DNA from: Eledone cirrhosa
Taxonomy: Eukaryota
Assembly (NCBI GenBank): GCA_964016885.1
Contig: OZ024749.1
Coordinates: 16,988,001-17,052,000, forward strand
Direction of reading: 5' to 3'
Length of the DNA stretch: 64,000 bases
The position numbers and the translations under genes were made by a program. Position 1 is the first letter of the stretch; each line of letters opens with the position of its first letter. The notes beneath the pieces were generated by a model. That model made no database searches, had not been told where the DNA came from, and saw only the letters and a program-made list of their open reading frames with translations. Shown here one piece after another: positions 37,201 to 52,200 of this stretch.

Positions 37201-40200
37201 CAGCATGGGCTGGGTGCTTTTTGCTGTGTCTCTCACATGTCTACTTTACAGCATGGGCTGGGTACTTTTTACTTTGTCTCTCACATGTCTACTTTACAGC
37301 ATGGGCTGGGTGCTTTTTGCTGTGTCTCTCACATGTCTACTTTACAGCATGGGCTGGGTACTTTTTACTTTGTCTCTCACATGTCTACTTTACAGCATGG
37401 GCTGGGTGCTTTTTGCTGTGTCTCTAACATGTCCACTTTACAGCATGGGCTGGGTGCTTTTTACTTTGTCTCTCACATGTCTACTTTACAGCATGGGATG
37501 GGTGCTTTTTACTTTGTCTCTCACATGTCTACTTTACAGCATGGGCTGGGTGCTTTTTGCTGTGTCTCTCACATGTCCACTTTACAGCATGGGCTGGGTG
37601 CTTTTTGCTGTGTCTCTCACATGTCCACTTTACAGCATGGGCTGGGTGTTTTTGCTGTGTCTCTAACATGTCCACTCTACAGCATGGGCTGGTGCTTTTT
37701 GCTGTGTCTCTCACATGTCCACTCTACGGCATGGGCTGGGTGCTTTTTGCTGTGTCTCTCACATGTCCACTTTACAGCATGGGCTGGGTGCTTTTTGCTG
37801 TGTCTCTCACATGTCCACTCTACGGCATGGGCTGGGTGCTTTTTGCTGTGTCTCTCACGTGTCCACTTTACAGCATGGGCTGGGTGCTTTTTGCTGTGTC
37901 TCTCACATGTCCACTTTACAGCATGGGCTGGCTGCTTTTTGCTGTGTCTCTCACATGTCCAATTTACAGCATGGGCTGGGTGCTTTTTGCTGTGTCTCTC
38001 ACATGTCCACTCTACAGCATGGGCTGGCTGCTTTTTTCTGTGTCTCTCACATGTCCACTTTACAGCATGGGCTGGGTGCTTTTTGCTGTGTCTCTCACAT
38101 GTCCACTTTACAGCATGGGCTGGGTGCTTTTTGCTGTGTCTTTCACATGTCCACTTTACAGCATGGGCTGGGTGCTTTTTGCTGTGTCTTTCACATGTAC
38201 ACTTTACAGCATGGGCTGGGTGCTTTTTGCTGTGTCTTTCACATGTCCACTCTATAGCATGGGGTGGGTGCTTTTTTCTGTGTCTCTCACATGTCCCCTC
38301 TACAGCATGGGCTAGGTGCTTTTTGCTGTGTCTCTCACACATCCACTCTACAGCATGGGCTCGGTACTTTTTGCTGTGTCTCTCACATGTCCACTTTACA
38401 GCATGGGCTGGGTGCTCTTTGATGTGTCTCTCACATGTCCACTTTACAGCATGGGCTGGGTGCTTTTTGCTGTGTCTTTCACATGTCCACTCTATAGAAT
38501 GGGCTGGGTGCTTTTTGCTGTGTCTCTCACATGTCCCCTCTACAGCATGGGCTAGGTGCTTTTTGCTGTGTCTCTCACACATCCACTCTACAGCATGGGC
38601 TGGGTGCTTTTTGCTGTGTTTTTCACATGTCCAATTTACAGCGTGGGCTGGGTGCTTTTTGCTGTGTCTTTCACATGTCCACTTTGCAGCATGGGCTGGG
38701 TGCTTTTTGCTGTGTCTCTCACATGTCCACATTACAGCATGGGCTGGGTGCTTTTTGCTGTGTCTTTCACATGTCCACTTTACAGCATGGGCTGGGTGCT
38801 TTTTGCTGTGTCTCTCACATGTCCACTTTACAGCATGGGCTTGGTGCTTTTTGCGGTGTCTTTCACATGTCCACTCTATAGCATGGGCTGGGTGCTTTTT
38901 TCTGTGTCTCTCACATGTCCCCTCTACAGCATGGGCTAGGTGCTTTTTGCTGTGTCTCTCAAACATCCACTCTACAGCATGGGCTGGATACTTTTTGCTG
39001 TGTCTCTCACATGTCCACTCTACAGCAGGGGCTGGCTGCTTTTTTCTGTGTCTCTCACATGTCCACTTTACAGCATGGGCTGGGTGCTTTTTGCTGTGTC
39101 TCTCACATGTCCTCTTTACAGCATGGGCTGGGTGCTTTTTGCTGTGTCTTTCACATGTTCAATTTACAGCGTGGGCTGGGTGCTTTTTGCTGTGTCTTTC
39201 ACATGTCCACTTTGCAGCATGGGCTGGGTGCTTTTTGCTGTGTCTCTCACATGTCCACATTACAGCATGGGCTGGGTGCTTTTAGCTGTGTCTTTCACAT
39301 GTCCACTTTACAGCATGGGCTGGGTGCTTTTTACTTTGTCTCTCACATGTCCACTTTACAGCATGGGCTGGGTGCTTTTTGCTGTGTCTCTCACATGTCT
39401 ATTTTACAGCATGGGCTGGGTACTTTTTACTTTGTCTCTCACATGTCTACTTTACAGCATGGGCTGGGTGCTTTTTGCTGTGTCTCTAACATGTCCACTT
39501 TACAGCATGGGCTGGGTGCTTTTTACTTTGTCTCTCACATGTCTACTTTACAGCATGGGCTGGGTGCTTTTTACTTTGTCTCTCACATGTCTACTTTACA
39601 GCATGGGCTGGGTGCTTTTTGCTGTGTCTCTCACATGTCCACTTTACAGCATGGGCTGGGTGCTTTTTGCTGTGTCTCTCACATGTCCACTTTACAGCAT
39701 GGGCTGGGTGTTTTTGCTGTGTCTCTAACATGTCCACTCTACAGCATGGGCTGGTGCTTTTTGCTGTGTCTCTCACATGTCCACTCTACGGCATGGGCTG
39801 GGTGCTTTTTGCTGTGTCTCTCACATGTCCACTTTACAGCATGGGCTGGGTGCTTTTTGCTGTGTCTCTCACATGTCCACTCTACAGCATGGGCTGGGTG
39901 CTTTTTGCTGTGTCTCTCACGTGTCCACTTTACAGCATGGGCTGGGTGCTTTTTGCTGTGTCTCTCACATGTCCACTTTACAGCATGGGCTGGCTGCTTT
40001 TTGCTGTGTCTCTCACATGTCCAATTTACAGCATGGGCTGGGTGCTTTTTGCTGTGTCTCTCACATGTCCACTCTACAGCATGGGCTGGCTGCTTTTTGC
40101 TGTGTCTTTCACATGTCCACTTTACAGCATGGGCTGGGTGCTTTTTGCTGTGTCTTTCACATGTACACTTTACAGCATGGGCTGGGTGCTTTTTGCTGTG

Positions 40201-43200
40201 TCTTTCACATGTCCACTCTATAGCATGGGGTGGGTGCTTTTTTCTGTGTCTCTCACACATCCACTCTACAGCAGGGGCTGGCTGCTTTTTTCTGTGTCTC
40301 TCACATGTCCACTTTACAGCATGGGCTGAGTGCTTTTTGATGTGTCTCTCACATGTCCTCTTTACAGCATGGGCTGGGTGCTTTTTGCTGTGTCTTTCAC
40401 ATGTTCAATTTACAGCGTGGGCTGGGTGCTTTTTGCTGTGTCTCTCACACGTCCACTCTACAGCATGGGCTGGGTGCTTTTTGCTGTGTCTCTCACACGT
40501 CCACTCTACAGCATGGGCTGGGTGCTTTTTGCTGTGTTTTTCACATGTTCAATTTACAGCGTGGGCTGGCTGCTTTTTGCTTTGTCTCTCACATGTCCAC
40601 TTTACAGCATGGGCTGGGTGCTTTTTGCTGTGTCTTTCACATGTCCACTTTACAGCATGGGCTGGGTACTTTTTACTTTGTCTCTCACATGTCTACTTTA
40701 CAGCATGGGCTGGGTGCTTTTTACTTTGTCTCTCACATGTCCACTTTACAGCATGGGCTGGGTGGTTTTTGCTGTGTCTCTCACATGTCTACTTTACAGC
40801 ATGGGCTGGGTACTTTTTACTTTGTCTCTCACATGTCTACTTTACAGCATGGGCTGGGTGCTTTTTGCTGTGTCTCTCACATGTCTAGTTTACAGCATGG
40901 GCTGGGTACTTTTTACTTTGTTTCTCACATGTCTACTTTACAGCATGGGCTGGGTGCTTTTTGCTGTGTCTCTAACATGTCCACTTTACAGCATGGGCTG
41001 GGTGCTTTTTACTTTGTCTCTCACATGTCTACTTTACAGCATGGGCTGGGTGCTTTTTACTTTGTCTCTCACATGTCTACTTTACAGCATGGGCTGGGTG
41101 CTTTTTGCTGTGTCTCTCACGTGTCCACTTTACAGCATGGGCTGGGTGCTTTTTGCTGTGTCTCTCACATGTCCACTTTACAGCATGGGCTGGCTGCTTT
41201 TTGCTGTGTCTCTCACATGTCCAATTTACAGCATGGGCTGGGTGCTTTTTGCTGTGTCTCTCACATGTCCACTCTACAGCATGGGCTGGCTGCTTTTTTC
41301 TGTGTCTCTCACATGTCCCCTCTACAGCATGGGCTAGGTGCTTTTTGCTGTGTCTCTCACACATCCACTCTACAGCATGGGCTCGGTACTTTTTGCTGTG
41401 TCTCTCACATGTCCACTTTACAGCATGGGCTGGGTGCTCTTTGATGTGTCTCTCACATGTCCACTTTACAGCATGGGCTGGGTGCTTTTTGCTGTGTCTC
41501 TCACATGTCCCCTCTACAGCATGGGCTAGGTGCTTTTTGCTGTGTCTCTCACACATCCACTCTACAGCATGGGCTGGGTGCTTTTTGCTGTGTTTTTCAC
41601 ATGTCCAATTTACAGCGTGGGCTGGGTGCTTTTTGCTGTGTCTTTCACATGTCCACTTTGCAGCATGGGCTGGGTGCTTTTTGCTGTGTCTCTCACATGT
41701 CCACATTACAGCATGGGCTGGGTGCTTTTTGCTGTGTCTTTCACATGTCCACTTTACAGCATGGGCTGGGTGCTTTTTGCTGTGTCTCTCACATGTCCAC
41801 TTTACAGCATGGGCTGGGTGCTCTTTGATGTGTCTCTCACATGTCCACTTTACAGCATGGGCTGGGTGCTTTTTGCTGTGTCTCTCACATGTCCCCTCTA
41901 CAGCATGGGCTAGGTGCTTTTTGCTGTGTCTCTCACACATCCACTCTACAGCATGGGCTGGGTGCTTTTTGCTGTGTCTCTCACATGTCCACTTTACAGC
42001 ATGGTCTGGGTACTTTTTACTTTGTCTCTCACATGTCTACTTTACAGCATGGGCTGGGTGCTTTTTACTTTGTCTCTCACATGTCCACTTTACAGCATGG
42101 GCTGGGTGCTTTTTGCTGTGTCTCTCACATGTCTACTTTACAGCATGGGCTGGGTACTTTTTACTTTGTCTCTCACATGTCTACTTTACAGCATGGGCTG
42201 GGTGATTTTTGCTGTGTCTCTCACATGTCTACTTTACAGCATGGGCTGGGTACTTTTTACTTTGTCTCTCACATGTCTACTTTACAGCATGGGCTGGGTG
42301 CTTTTTGCTGTGTCTCTAACATGTCCACTTTACAGCATGGGCTGGGTGCTTTTTACTTTGTCTCTCACATGTCTACTTTACAGCATGGGCTGGGTGCTTT
42401 TTACTTTGTCTCTCACATGTCTACTTTACAGCATGGGCTGGGTGCTTTTTGCTGTGTCTCTCACATGTCCACTTTACAGCATGGGCTGGGTGCTTTTTGC
42501 TGTGTCTCTCACATGTCTACTTTACAGCATGGGCTGGGTGTTTTTGCTGTGTCTCTCACATGTCCACTTTACAGCATGGGCTGGGTGCTTTTTGCTGTGT
42601 CTCTCACATGACAATCTACAGCATGGGCTGCGTGCTTTTTGCTGTGTCTCTCACATGTCCACTTTACAGCATGGGCTGGGTGCTTTTTGCTGTGTCTCTC
42701 ACATGTACACTTTACAGCATGGGCTGGGTGCTTTTTGCTGTGTCTCTCACATGTCCACTCTACAGCATGGGCTGGGTGCTTTTTGCTCTGTCTCTCACAT
42801 GTCCACTCTACAGCAGGGGCTGGCTGCTTTTTTCTGTGTCTCTCACATGTCCACTTTACAGCATGGGCTGGGTGCTTTTTGCTGTGTCTCTCACATGTCC
42901 TCTTTACATCATGGGCTGGGTGCTTTTTGCTGTGTCTTTCACATGTCCACTTTACAGCATGGGCTGGGTGCTTTTTGCTGTGTCTCTCACATGTCCACTT
43001 TACAGCATGGGCTGGGTGCTTTTTGCTGTGTCTTTCACATGTCCACTTTGCAGCATGGGCTGGGTGCTTTTTGCTGTGTCTCTCACATGTCCACATTACA
43101 GCATGGGCTGGGTGCTTTTAGCTGTGTCTTTCACATGTCCACTTTACAGCATGGGCTGGGTGCTTTTTACTTTGTCTCTCACATGTCCACTTTACAGCAT

Positions 43201-46200
43201 GGGCTGGGTGCTTTTTGCTGTGTCTCTCACATGTCTACTTTACAGCATGGGCTGGGTACTTTTTACTTTGTCTCTCACATGTCTACTTTACAGCATGGGC
43301 TGGGTGCTTTTTGCTGTGTCTCTCACATGTCTACTTTACAGCATGGGCTGGGTACTTTTTACTTTGTCTCTCACATGTCTACTTTACAGCATGGGCTGGG
43401 TGCTTTTTGCTGTGTCTCTAACATGTCCACTTTACAGCATGGGCTGGGTGCTTTTTACTTTGTCTCTCACATGTCTACTTTACAGCATGGGATGGGTGCT
43501 TTTTACTTTGTCTCTCACATGTCTACTTTACAGCATGGGCTGGGTGCTTTTTGCTGTGTCTCTCACATGTCCACTTTACAGCATGGGCTGGGTGCTTTTT
43601 GCTGTGTCTCTCACATGTCCACTTTACAGCATGGGCTGGGTGTTTTTGCTGTGTCTCTAACATGTCCACTCTACAGCATGGGCTGGTGCTTTTTGCTGTG
43701 TCTCTCACATGTCCACTCTACGGCATGGGCTGGGTGCTTTTTGCTGTGTCTCTCACATGTCCACTTTACAGCATGGGCTGGGTGCTTTTTGCTGTGTCTC
43801 TCACATGTCCACTCTACGGCATGGGCTGGGTGCTTTTTGCTGTGTCTCTCACGTGTCCACTTTACAGCATGGGCTGGGTGCTTTTTGCTGTGTCTCTCAC
43901 ATGTCCACTTTACAGCATGGGCTGGCTGCTTTTTGCTGTGTCTCTCACATGTCCAATTTACAGCATGGGCTGGGTGCTTTTTGCTGTGTCTCTCACATGT
44001 CCACTCTACAGCATGGGCTGGCTGCTTTTTTCTGTGTCTCTCACATGTCCACTTTACAGCATGGGCTGGGTGCTTTTTGCTGTGTCTCTCACATGTCCAC
44101 TTTACAGCATGGGCTGGGTGCTTTTTGCTGTGTCTTTCACATGTCCACTTTACAGCATGGGCTGGGTGCTTTTTGCTGTGTCTTTCACATGTACACTTTA
44201 CAGCATGGGCTGGGTGCTTTTTGCTGTGTCTTTCACATGTCCACTCTATAGCATGGGGTGGGTGCTTTTTTCTGTGTCTCTCACATGTCCCCTCTACAGC
44301 ATGGGCTAGGTGCTTTTTGCTGTGTCTCTCACACATCCACTCTACAGCATGGGCTCGGTACTTTTTGCTGTGTCTCTCACATGTCCACTTTACAGCATGG
44401 GCTGGGTGCTCTTTGATGTGTCTCTCACATGTCCACTTTACAGCATGGGCTGGGTGCTTTTTGCTGTGTCTTTCACATGTCCACTCTATAGAATGGGCTG
44501 GGTGCTTTTTGCTGTGTCTCTCACATGTCCCCTCTACAGCATGGGCTAGGTGCTTTTTGCTGTGTCTCTCACACATCCACTCTACAGCATGGGCTGGGTG
44601 CTTTTTGCTGTGTTTTTCACATGTCCAATTTACAGCGTGGGCTGGGTGCTTTTTGCTGTGTCTTTCACATGTCCACTTTGCAGCATGGGCTGGGTGCTTT
44701 TTGCTGTGTCTCTCACATGTCCACATTACAGCATGGGCTGGGTGCTTTTTGCTGTGTCTTTCACATGTCCACTTTACAGCATGGGCTGGGTGCTTTTTGC
44801 TGTGTCTCTCACATGTCCACTTTACAGCATGGGCTTGGTGCTTTTTGCGGTGTCTTTCACATGTCCACTCTATAGCATGGGCTGGGTGCTTTTTTCTGTG
44901 TCTCTCACATGTCCCCTCTACAGCATGGGCTAGGTGCTTTTTGCTGTGTCTCTCAAACATCCACTCTACAGCATGGGCTGGATACTTTTTGCTGTGTCTC
45001 TCACATGTCCACTCTACAGCAGGGGCTGGCTGCTTTTTTCTGTGTCTCTCACATGTCCACTTTACAGCATGGGCTGGGTGCTTTTTGCTGTGTCTCTCAC
45101 ATGTCCTCTTTACAGCATGGGCTGGGTGATTTTTGCTGTGTCTTTCACATGTTCAATTTACAGCGTGGGCTGGGTGCTTTTTGCTGTGTCTCTCACACGT
45201 CCACTCTACAGCATGGGCTGGGTGCTTTTTGCTGTGTCTCTCACACGTCCACTCTACAGCATGGGCTGGGTGCTTTTTGCTGTGTTTTTCACATGTTCAA
45301 TTTACAGCGTGGGCTGGGTGCTTTTTGCTTTGTCTCTCACATGTCCACTTTACAGCATGGGCTGGGTGGTTTTTGCTGTGTCTCTCACATGTCTACTTTA
45401 CAGCATGGGCTGGGTGCTTTTTACTTTGTCTCTCACATGTCCACTTTACAGCATGGGCTGGGTGCTTTTTGCTGTGTCTCTCACATGTCTACTTTACAGC
45501 ATGGGCTGGGTACTTTTTACTTTGTCTCTCACATGTCTACTTTACAGCATGGGCTTGGTGCTTTTTGCTGTGTCTCTCACATGTCTACTTTACAGCATGG
45601 GCTGGGTACTTTTTACTTTGTCTCTCACATGTCTACTTTACAGCATGGGCTGGGTGCTTTTTGCTGTGTCTCTAACATGTCCACTTTACAGCATGGGCTG
45701 GGTGCTTTTTACTTTGTCTCTCACATGTCTACTTTACAGCATGGGCTGGGTGCTTTTTACTTTGTCTCTCACATGTCTACTTTACAGCATGGGCTGGGTG
45801 CTTTTTGCTGTGTCTCTCACATGTCCACTTTACAGCATGGGCTGGGTGCTTTTTGCTGTGTCTCTCACATGTCCACTTTACAGCATGGGCTGGGTGTTTT
45901 TGCTGTGTCTCTCACATGTCCACTTTACAGCATGGGCTGGGTGCTTTTTGCTGTGTCTCTCACATGTCCACTTTACAGCATGGGCTGGGTGCTTTTTGCT
46001 GTGTCTCTCACATGTCCACTTTACAGCATGGGCTGGGTGATTTTGCTGTGTCTCTAACATGTCCACTCTACAGCATGGGCTGGGTGCTTTTTGCTGTGTC
46101 TCTCACATGTCCACTCTACAGCATGGGCTGGGTGCTTTTTGCTGTGTCTCTCACATGTCCTCTTTACAGCATGGGCTGGGTGCTTTTTGCTCTGTCTCGC

Positions 46201-49200
46201 ACATGTCCACTCTACAGCAGGGGCTGGCTGCTTTTTTCTGTGTCTCTCACATGTCCACTTTACAGCATGGGCTGGGTGCTTTTTGCTGTGTCTCTCACAT
46301 GTCCTCTTTACAGCATGGGCTGGGTGCTTTTTGCTGTGTCTTTCACATGTCCACTTTACAGCATGGGCTGGGTGCTTTTTGCTGTGTCTCTCACATGTCC
46401 ACTTTACAGCATGGGCTGGGTGCTTTTTGCTGTGTCTTTCACATGTCCACTTTGCAGCATGGGCTGGGTGCTTTTTGCTGTGTCTCTCACATGTCCACAT
46501 TACAGCATGGGCTGGGTGCTTTTAGCTGTGTCTTTCACATGTCCACTTTACAGCATGGGCTGGGTGCTTTTTACTTTGTCTCTCACATGTCCACTTTACA
46601 GCATGGGCTGGGTGCTTTTTGCTGTGTCTCTCACATGTCTACTTTACAGCATGGGCTGGGTACTTTTTACTTTGTCTCTCACATGTCTACTTTACAGCAT
46701 GGGCTGGGTGCTATTTGCTGTGTCTCTCACATGTCTACTTTACAGCATGGGCTGGGTACTTTTTACTTTGTCTCTCACATGTCTACTTTACAGCATGGGC
46801 TGGGTGCTTTTTGCTGTGTCTCTAACATGTCCACTTTACAGCATGGGCTGGGTGCTTTTTACTTTGTCTCTCACATGTCTACTTTACAGCATGGGCTGGG
46901 TGCTATTTACTTTGTCTCTCACATGTCTACTTTACAGCATGGGCTGGGTGCTTTTTGCTGTGTCTCTCACATGTCCACTTTACAGCATGGGCTGGGTGTT
47001 TTTGCTGTGTCTCTAACATGTCCACTCTACAGCATGGGCTGGTGCTTTTTGCTGTGTCTCTCACACGTCCACTCTACAGCATGGGCTGGGTGCTTTTTGC
47101 TGTGTTTTTCACATGTTCAATTTACAGCGTGGGCTGGGTGCTTTTTGCTTTGTCTCTCACATGTCCACTTTACAGCATGGGCTGGGTGCTTTTTGCTGTG
47201 TCTTTCACATGTCCACTTTACAGCATGGGCTGGGTGCTTTTTACTTTGTCTCTCACATGTCTACTTTACAGCATGGGCTGGGTGCTTTTTACTTTGTCTC
47301 TCACATGTCTACTTTACAGCATGGGCTGGGTGCTTTTTGCTGTGTCTCTCACGTGTCCACTTTACAGCATGGGCTGGGTGCTTTTTGCTGTGTCTCTCAC
47401 ATGTCCACTTTACAGCATGGGCTGGCTGCTTTTTGCTGTGTCTCTCACATGTCCAATTTACAGCATGGGCTGGGTGCTTTTTGCTGTGTCTCTCACATGT
47501 CCACTCTACAGCATGGGCTGGCTGCTTTTTTCTGTGTCTCTCACATGTCCACTTCACAGCATGGGCTGGGTGCTTTTTGCTGTGTCTTTCACATGTCCAC
47601 TTTACAGCATGGGCTGGGTGCTTTTTGCTGTGTCTTTCACATGTCCACTCTATAGCATGGGGTGGGTGCTTTTTTCTGTGTCTCTCACATGTCCCCTCTA
47701 CAGCATGGGCTAGGTGCTTTTTGCTGTGTCTCTCACACATCCACTCTACAGCATGGGCTCGGTACTTTTTGCTGTGTCTCTCACATGTCCACTTTACAGC
47801 ATGGGCTGGGTGCTCTTTGATGTGTCTCTCACATGTCCACTTTACAGCATGGGCTGGGTGCTTTTTGCTGTGTCTCTCACATGTCCCCTCTACAGCATGG
47901 GCTAGGTGCTTTTTGCTGTGTCTCTCACACATCCACTCTACAGCATGGGCTGGGTGCTTTTTGCTGTGTTTTTCACATGTCCAATTTACAGCGTGGGCTG
48001 GGTGCTTTTTGCTGTGTCTTTCACATGTCCACTTTGCAGCATGGGCTGGGTGCTTTTTGCTGTGTCTCTCACATGTCCACATTACAGCATGGGCTGGGTG
48101 CTTTTTGCTGTGTCTTTCACATGTCCACTTTACAGCATGGGCTGGGTGCTTTTTGCTGTGTCTCTCACATGTCCACTTTACAGCATGGGCTTGGTGCTTT
48201 TTGCTGTGTCTTTCACATGTCCACTCTATAGCATGGGCTGGGTGCTTTTTTCTGTGTCTCTCACATGTCCCCTCTACAGCATGGGCTAGGTGCTTTTTGC
48301 TGTGTCTCTCAAACATCCACTCTACAGCATGGGCTGGATACTTTTTGCTGTGTCTCTCACATGTCCACTCTACAGCAGGGGCTGGCTGCTTTTTTCTGTG
48401 TCTCTCACATGTCCACTTTACAGCATGGGCTGGGTGCTTTTTGCTGTGTCTCTCACATGTCCTCTTTACAGCATGGGCTGGGTGCTTATTGCTGTGTCTT
48501 TCACATGTTCAATTTACAGTGTGGGCTGGGTGCTTTTTGCTGTGTCTCTCACACGTCCACTCTACAGCATGGGCTGGGTGCTTTTTGCTGTGTCTCTAAC
48601 ATGTCCACTTTACAGCATGGGCTGGGTGCTTTTTGCTGTGTTTTTCACATGTTCAATTTACAGCGTGGGCTGGGTGCTTTTTACTTTGTCTCTCACATGT
48701 CTACTTTACAGCATGGGCTGGGTGCTTTTTGCTGTGTCTCTCACATGTCCACTTTACAGCATGGGCTGGGTGCTTTTTGCTGTGTCTCTCACATGTCCAC
48801 TTTACAGCATGGGCTGGGTGATTTTGCTGTGTCTCTCACATGTCAAATTTACAGCATGGTCTGGGTACTTTTTACTTTGTCTCTCACAAGTCTACTTTAC
48901 AGCATGGGCTGGGTGCTTTTTACTTTGTCTCTCACATGTCCACTTTACAGCATGGGCTGGGTGCTTTTTGCTGTGTCTCTCACATGTCTACTTTACAGCA
49001 TGGGCTGGGTACTTTTTACTTTGTCTCTCACATGTCTACTTTACAGCATGGGCTGGGTGCTTTTTGCTGTGTCTCTCACATGTCTACTTTACAGCATGGG
49101 CTGGGTACTTTTTACTTTGTCTCTCACATGTCTACTTTACAGCATGGGCTGGGTGCTTTTTGCTGTGTCTCTAACATGTCCACTTTACAGCATGGGCTGG

Positions 49201-52200
49201 GTGCTTTTTACTTTGTCTCTCACATGTCTACTTTACAGCATGGGCTGGGTGCTTTTTGCTGTGTCTCTCACATGTCCACTTTACAGCATGGGCTGGGTGC
49301 TTTTTGCTGTGTCTCTCACATGTCTACTTTACAGCATGGGCTGGGTGTTTTTGCTGTGTCTCTCACATGTCCACTTTACAGCATGGGCTGGGTGCTTTTT
49401 GCTGTGTCTCTCACATGTCCTCTTTACAGCATGGGCTGGGTGCTTATTGCTGTGTCTTTCACATGTTCAATTTACAGTGTGGGCTGGGTGCTTTTTGCTG
49501 TGTCTCTCACACGTCCACTCTACAGCATGGGCTGGGTGCTTTTTGCTGTGTCTCTAACATGTCCACTTTACAGCATGGGCTGGGTGCTTTTTGCTGTGTT
49601 TTTCACATGTTCAATTTACAGCGTGGGCTGGGTGCTTTTTACTTTGTCTCTCACATGTCTACTTTACAGCATGGGCTGGGTGCTTTTTGCTGTGTCTCTC
49701 ACATGTCCACTTTACAGCATGGGCTGGGTGCTTTTTGCTGTGTCTCTCACATGTCCACTTTACAGCATGGGCTGGGTGCTTTTTGCTGTGTCTCTCACAT
49801 GTCAAATTTACAGCATGGTCTGGGTACTTTTTACTTTGTCTCTCACAAGTCTACTTTACAGCATGGGCTGGGTGCTTTTTACTTTGTCTCTCACATGTCC
49901 ACTTTACAGCATGGGCTGGGTGCTTTTTGCTGTGTCTCTCACATGTCTACTTTACAGCATGGGCTGGGTACTTTTTACTTTGTCTCTCACATGTCTACTT
50001 TACAGCATGGGCTGGGTGCTTTTTGCTGTGTCTCTCACATGTCTACTTTACAGCATGGGCTGGGTACTTTTTACTTTGTCTCTCACATGTCTACTTTACA
50101 GCATGGGCTGGGTGCTTTTTGCTGTGTCTCTAACATGTCCACTTTACAGCATGGGCTGGGTGCTTTTTACTTTGTCTCTCACATGTCTACTTTACAGCAT
50201 GGGCTGGGTGCTTTTTGCTGTGTCTCTCACATGTCCACTTTACAGCATGGGCTGGGTGCTTTTTGCTGTGTCTCTCACATGTCTACTTTACAGCATGGGC
50301 TGGGTGTTTTTGCTGTGTCTCTCACATGTCCACTTTACAGCATGGGCTGGGTGCTTTTTGCTGTGTCTCTCACGTGTCCACTTTACAGCATGGGCTGGGT
50401 GATTTTTGCTGTGTCTCTCACATGTCCACTTTACAGCATGGGCTGGCTGCTTTTTGCTGTGTCTCTCACATGTCCAATTTACAGCATGGGCTGGGTGCTT
50501 TTTGCTGTGTCTCTCACATGTCCACTCTACAGCATGGGCTGGCTGCTTTTTGCTGTGTCTTTCACATGTCCACTTTACAGCATGGGCTGGGTGCTTTTTG
50601 CTGTGTCTTTCACATGTACACTTTACAACATGGGCTGGGTGCTTTTTGCTGTGTCTTTCACATGTCCACTCTATAGCATGGGGTGGGTGCTTTTTTCTGT
50701 GTCTCTCTCATGTCCCCTCTACAGCATGGGCTAGGTGCTTTTTGCTGTGTCTCTCACACATCCACTCTACAGCATGGGCTCGGTACTTTTTGCTGTGTCT
50801 CTCACATGTCCACTTTACAGCATGGGCTGGGTGCTCTTTGATGTGTCTCTCACATGTCCTCTTTACAGCATGGGCTGGGTGCTTTTTGCTGTGTCTTTCA
50901 CATGTCCACTCTATAGAATGGGCTGGGTGCTTTTTGCTGTGTCTCTCACATGTCCCCTCTACAGCATGGGCTAGGTGCTTTTTGCTGTGTCTCTCACACA
51001 TCCACTCTACAGCATGGGCTGGGTGCTTTTTGCTGTGTCTCTCACATGTCCACTTTACAGCATGGGCTTGGTGCTTTTTGCGGTGTCTTTCACATGTCCA
51101 CTCTATAGCATGGGCTAGGTGCTTTTTGCTGTGTCTCTCAAACATCCACTCTACAGCATGGGCTGGATACTTTTTGCTGTGTCTCTCACATGTCCACTCT
51201 ACAGCAGGGGCTGGCTGCTTTTTTCTGTGTCTCTCACATGTCCACTTTACAGCATGGGCTGGGTGCTTTTTGCTGTGTCTCTTACATGTCCTCTTTACAG
51301 CATGGGCTGGGTGCTTTTTGCTGTGTCTTTCACATGTTCAATTTACAGCGTGGGCTGGGTGCTTTTTGCTGTGTCTCTCACACGTCCACTCTACAGCATG
51401 GGCTGGGTGCTTTTTGCTGTGTCTCTCACACGTCCACTCTACAGCATGGGCTGGGTGCTTTTTGCTGTGTTTTTCACATGTTCAATTTACAGCGTGGGCT
51501 GGGTGCTTTTTGCTTTGTCTCTCACATGTCCACTTTACAGCATGGGCTGGGTACTTTTTACTTTGTCTCTCACATGTCTACTTTACAGCATGGGCTGGGT
51601 GCTTTTTACTTTGTCTCTCACATGTCCACTTTACAGCATGGGCTGGGTGCTTTTTGCTGTGTCTCTCACATGTCTACTTTACAGCATGGGCTGGGTACTT
51701 TTTACTTTGTCTCTCACATGTCTACTTTACAGCATGGGCTGGGTGCTTTTTGCTGTGTCTCTCACATGTCTACTTTACAGCATGGGCTGGGTACTTTTTA
51801 CTTTGTCTCTCACATATCTACTTTACAGCATGGGCTGGGTGCTTTTTGCTGTGTCTCTAACATGTCCACTTTACAGCATGGGCTGGGTGCTTTTTACTTT
51901 GTCTCTCACATGTCTACTTTACAGCATGGGCTGGGTGCTTTTTACTTTGTCTCTCACATGTCTACTTTACAGCATGGGCTGGGTGCTTTTTGCTGTGTCT
52001 CTCACATGTCCACTTTACAGCATGGGCTGGGTGCTTTTTGCTGTGTCTCTCACATGTCCACTTTACAGCATGGGCTGGGTGTTTTTGCTGTGTCTCTAAC
52101 ATGTCCACTCTACAGCATGGGCTGGTGCTTTTTGCTGTGTCTCTCACATGTCTACTCTACGGCATGGGCTGGGTGCTTTTTGCTGTGTCTCTCACATGTC

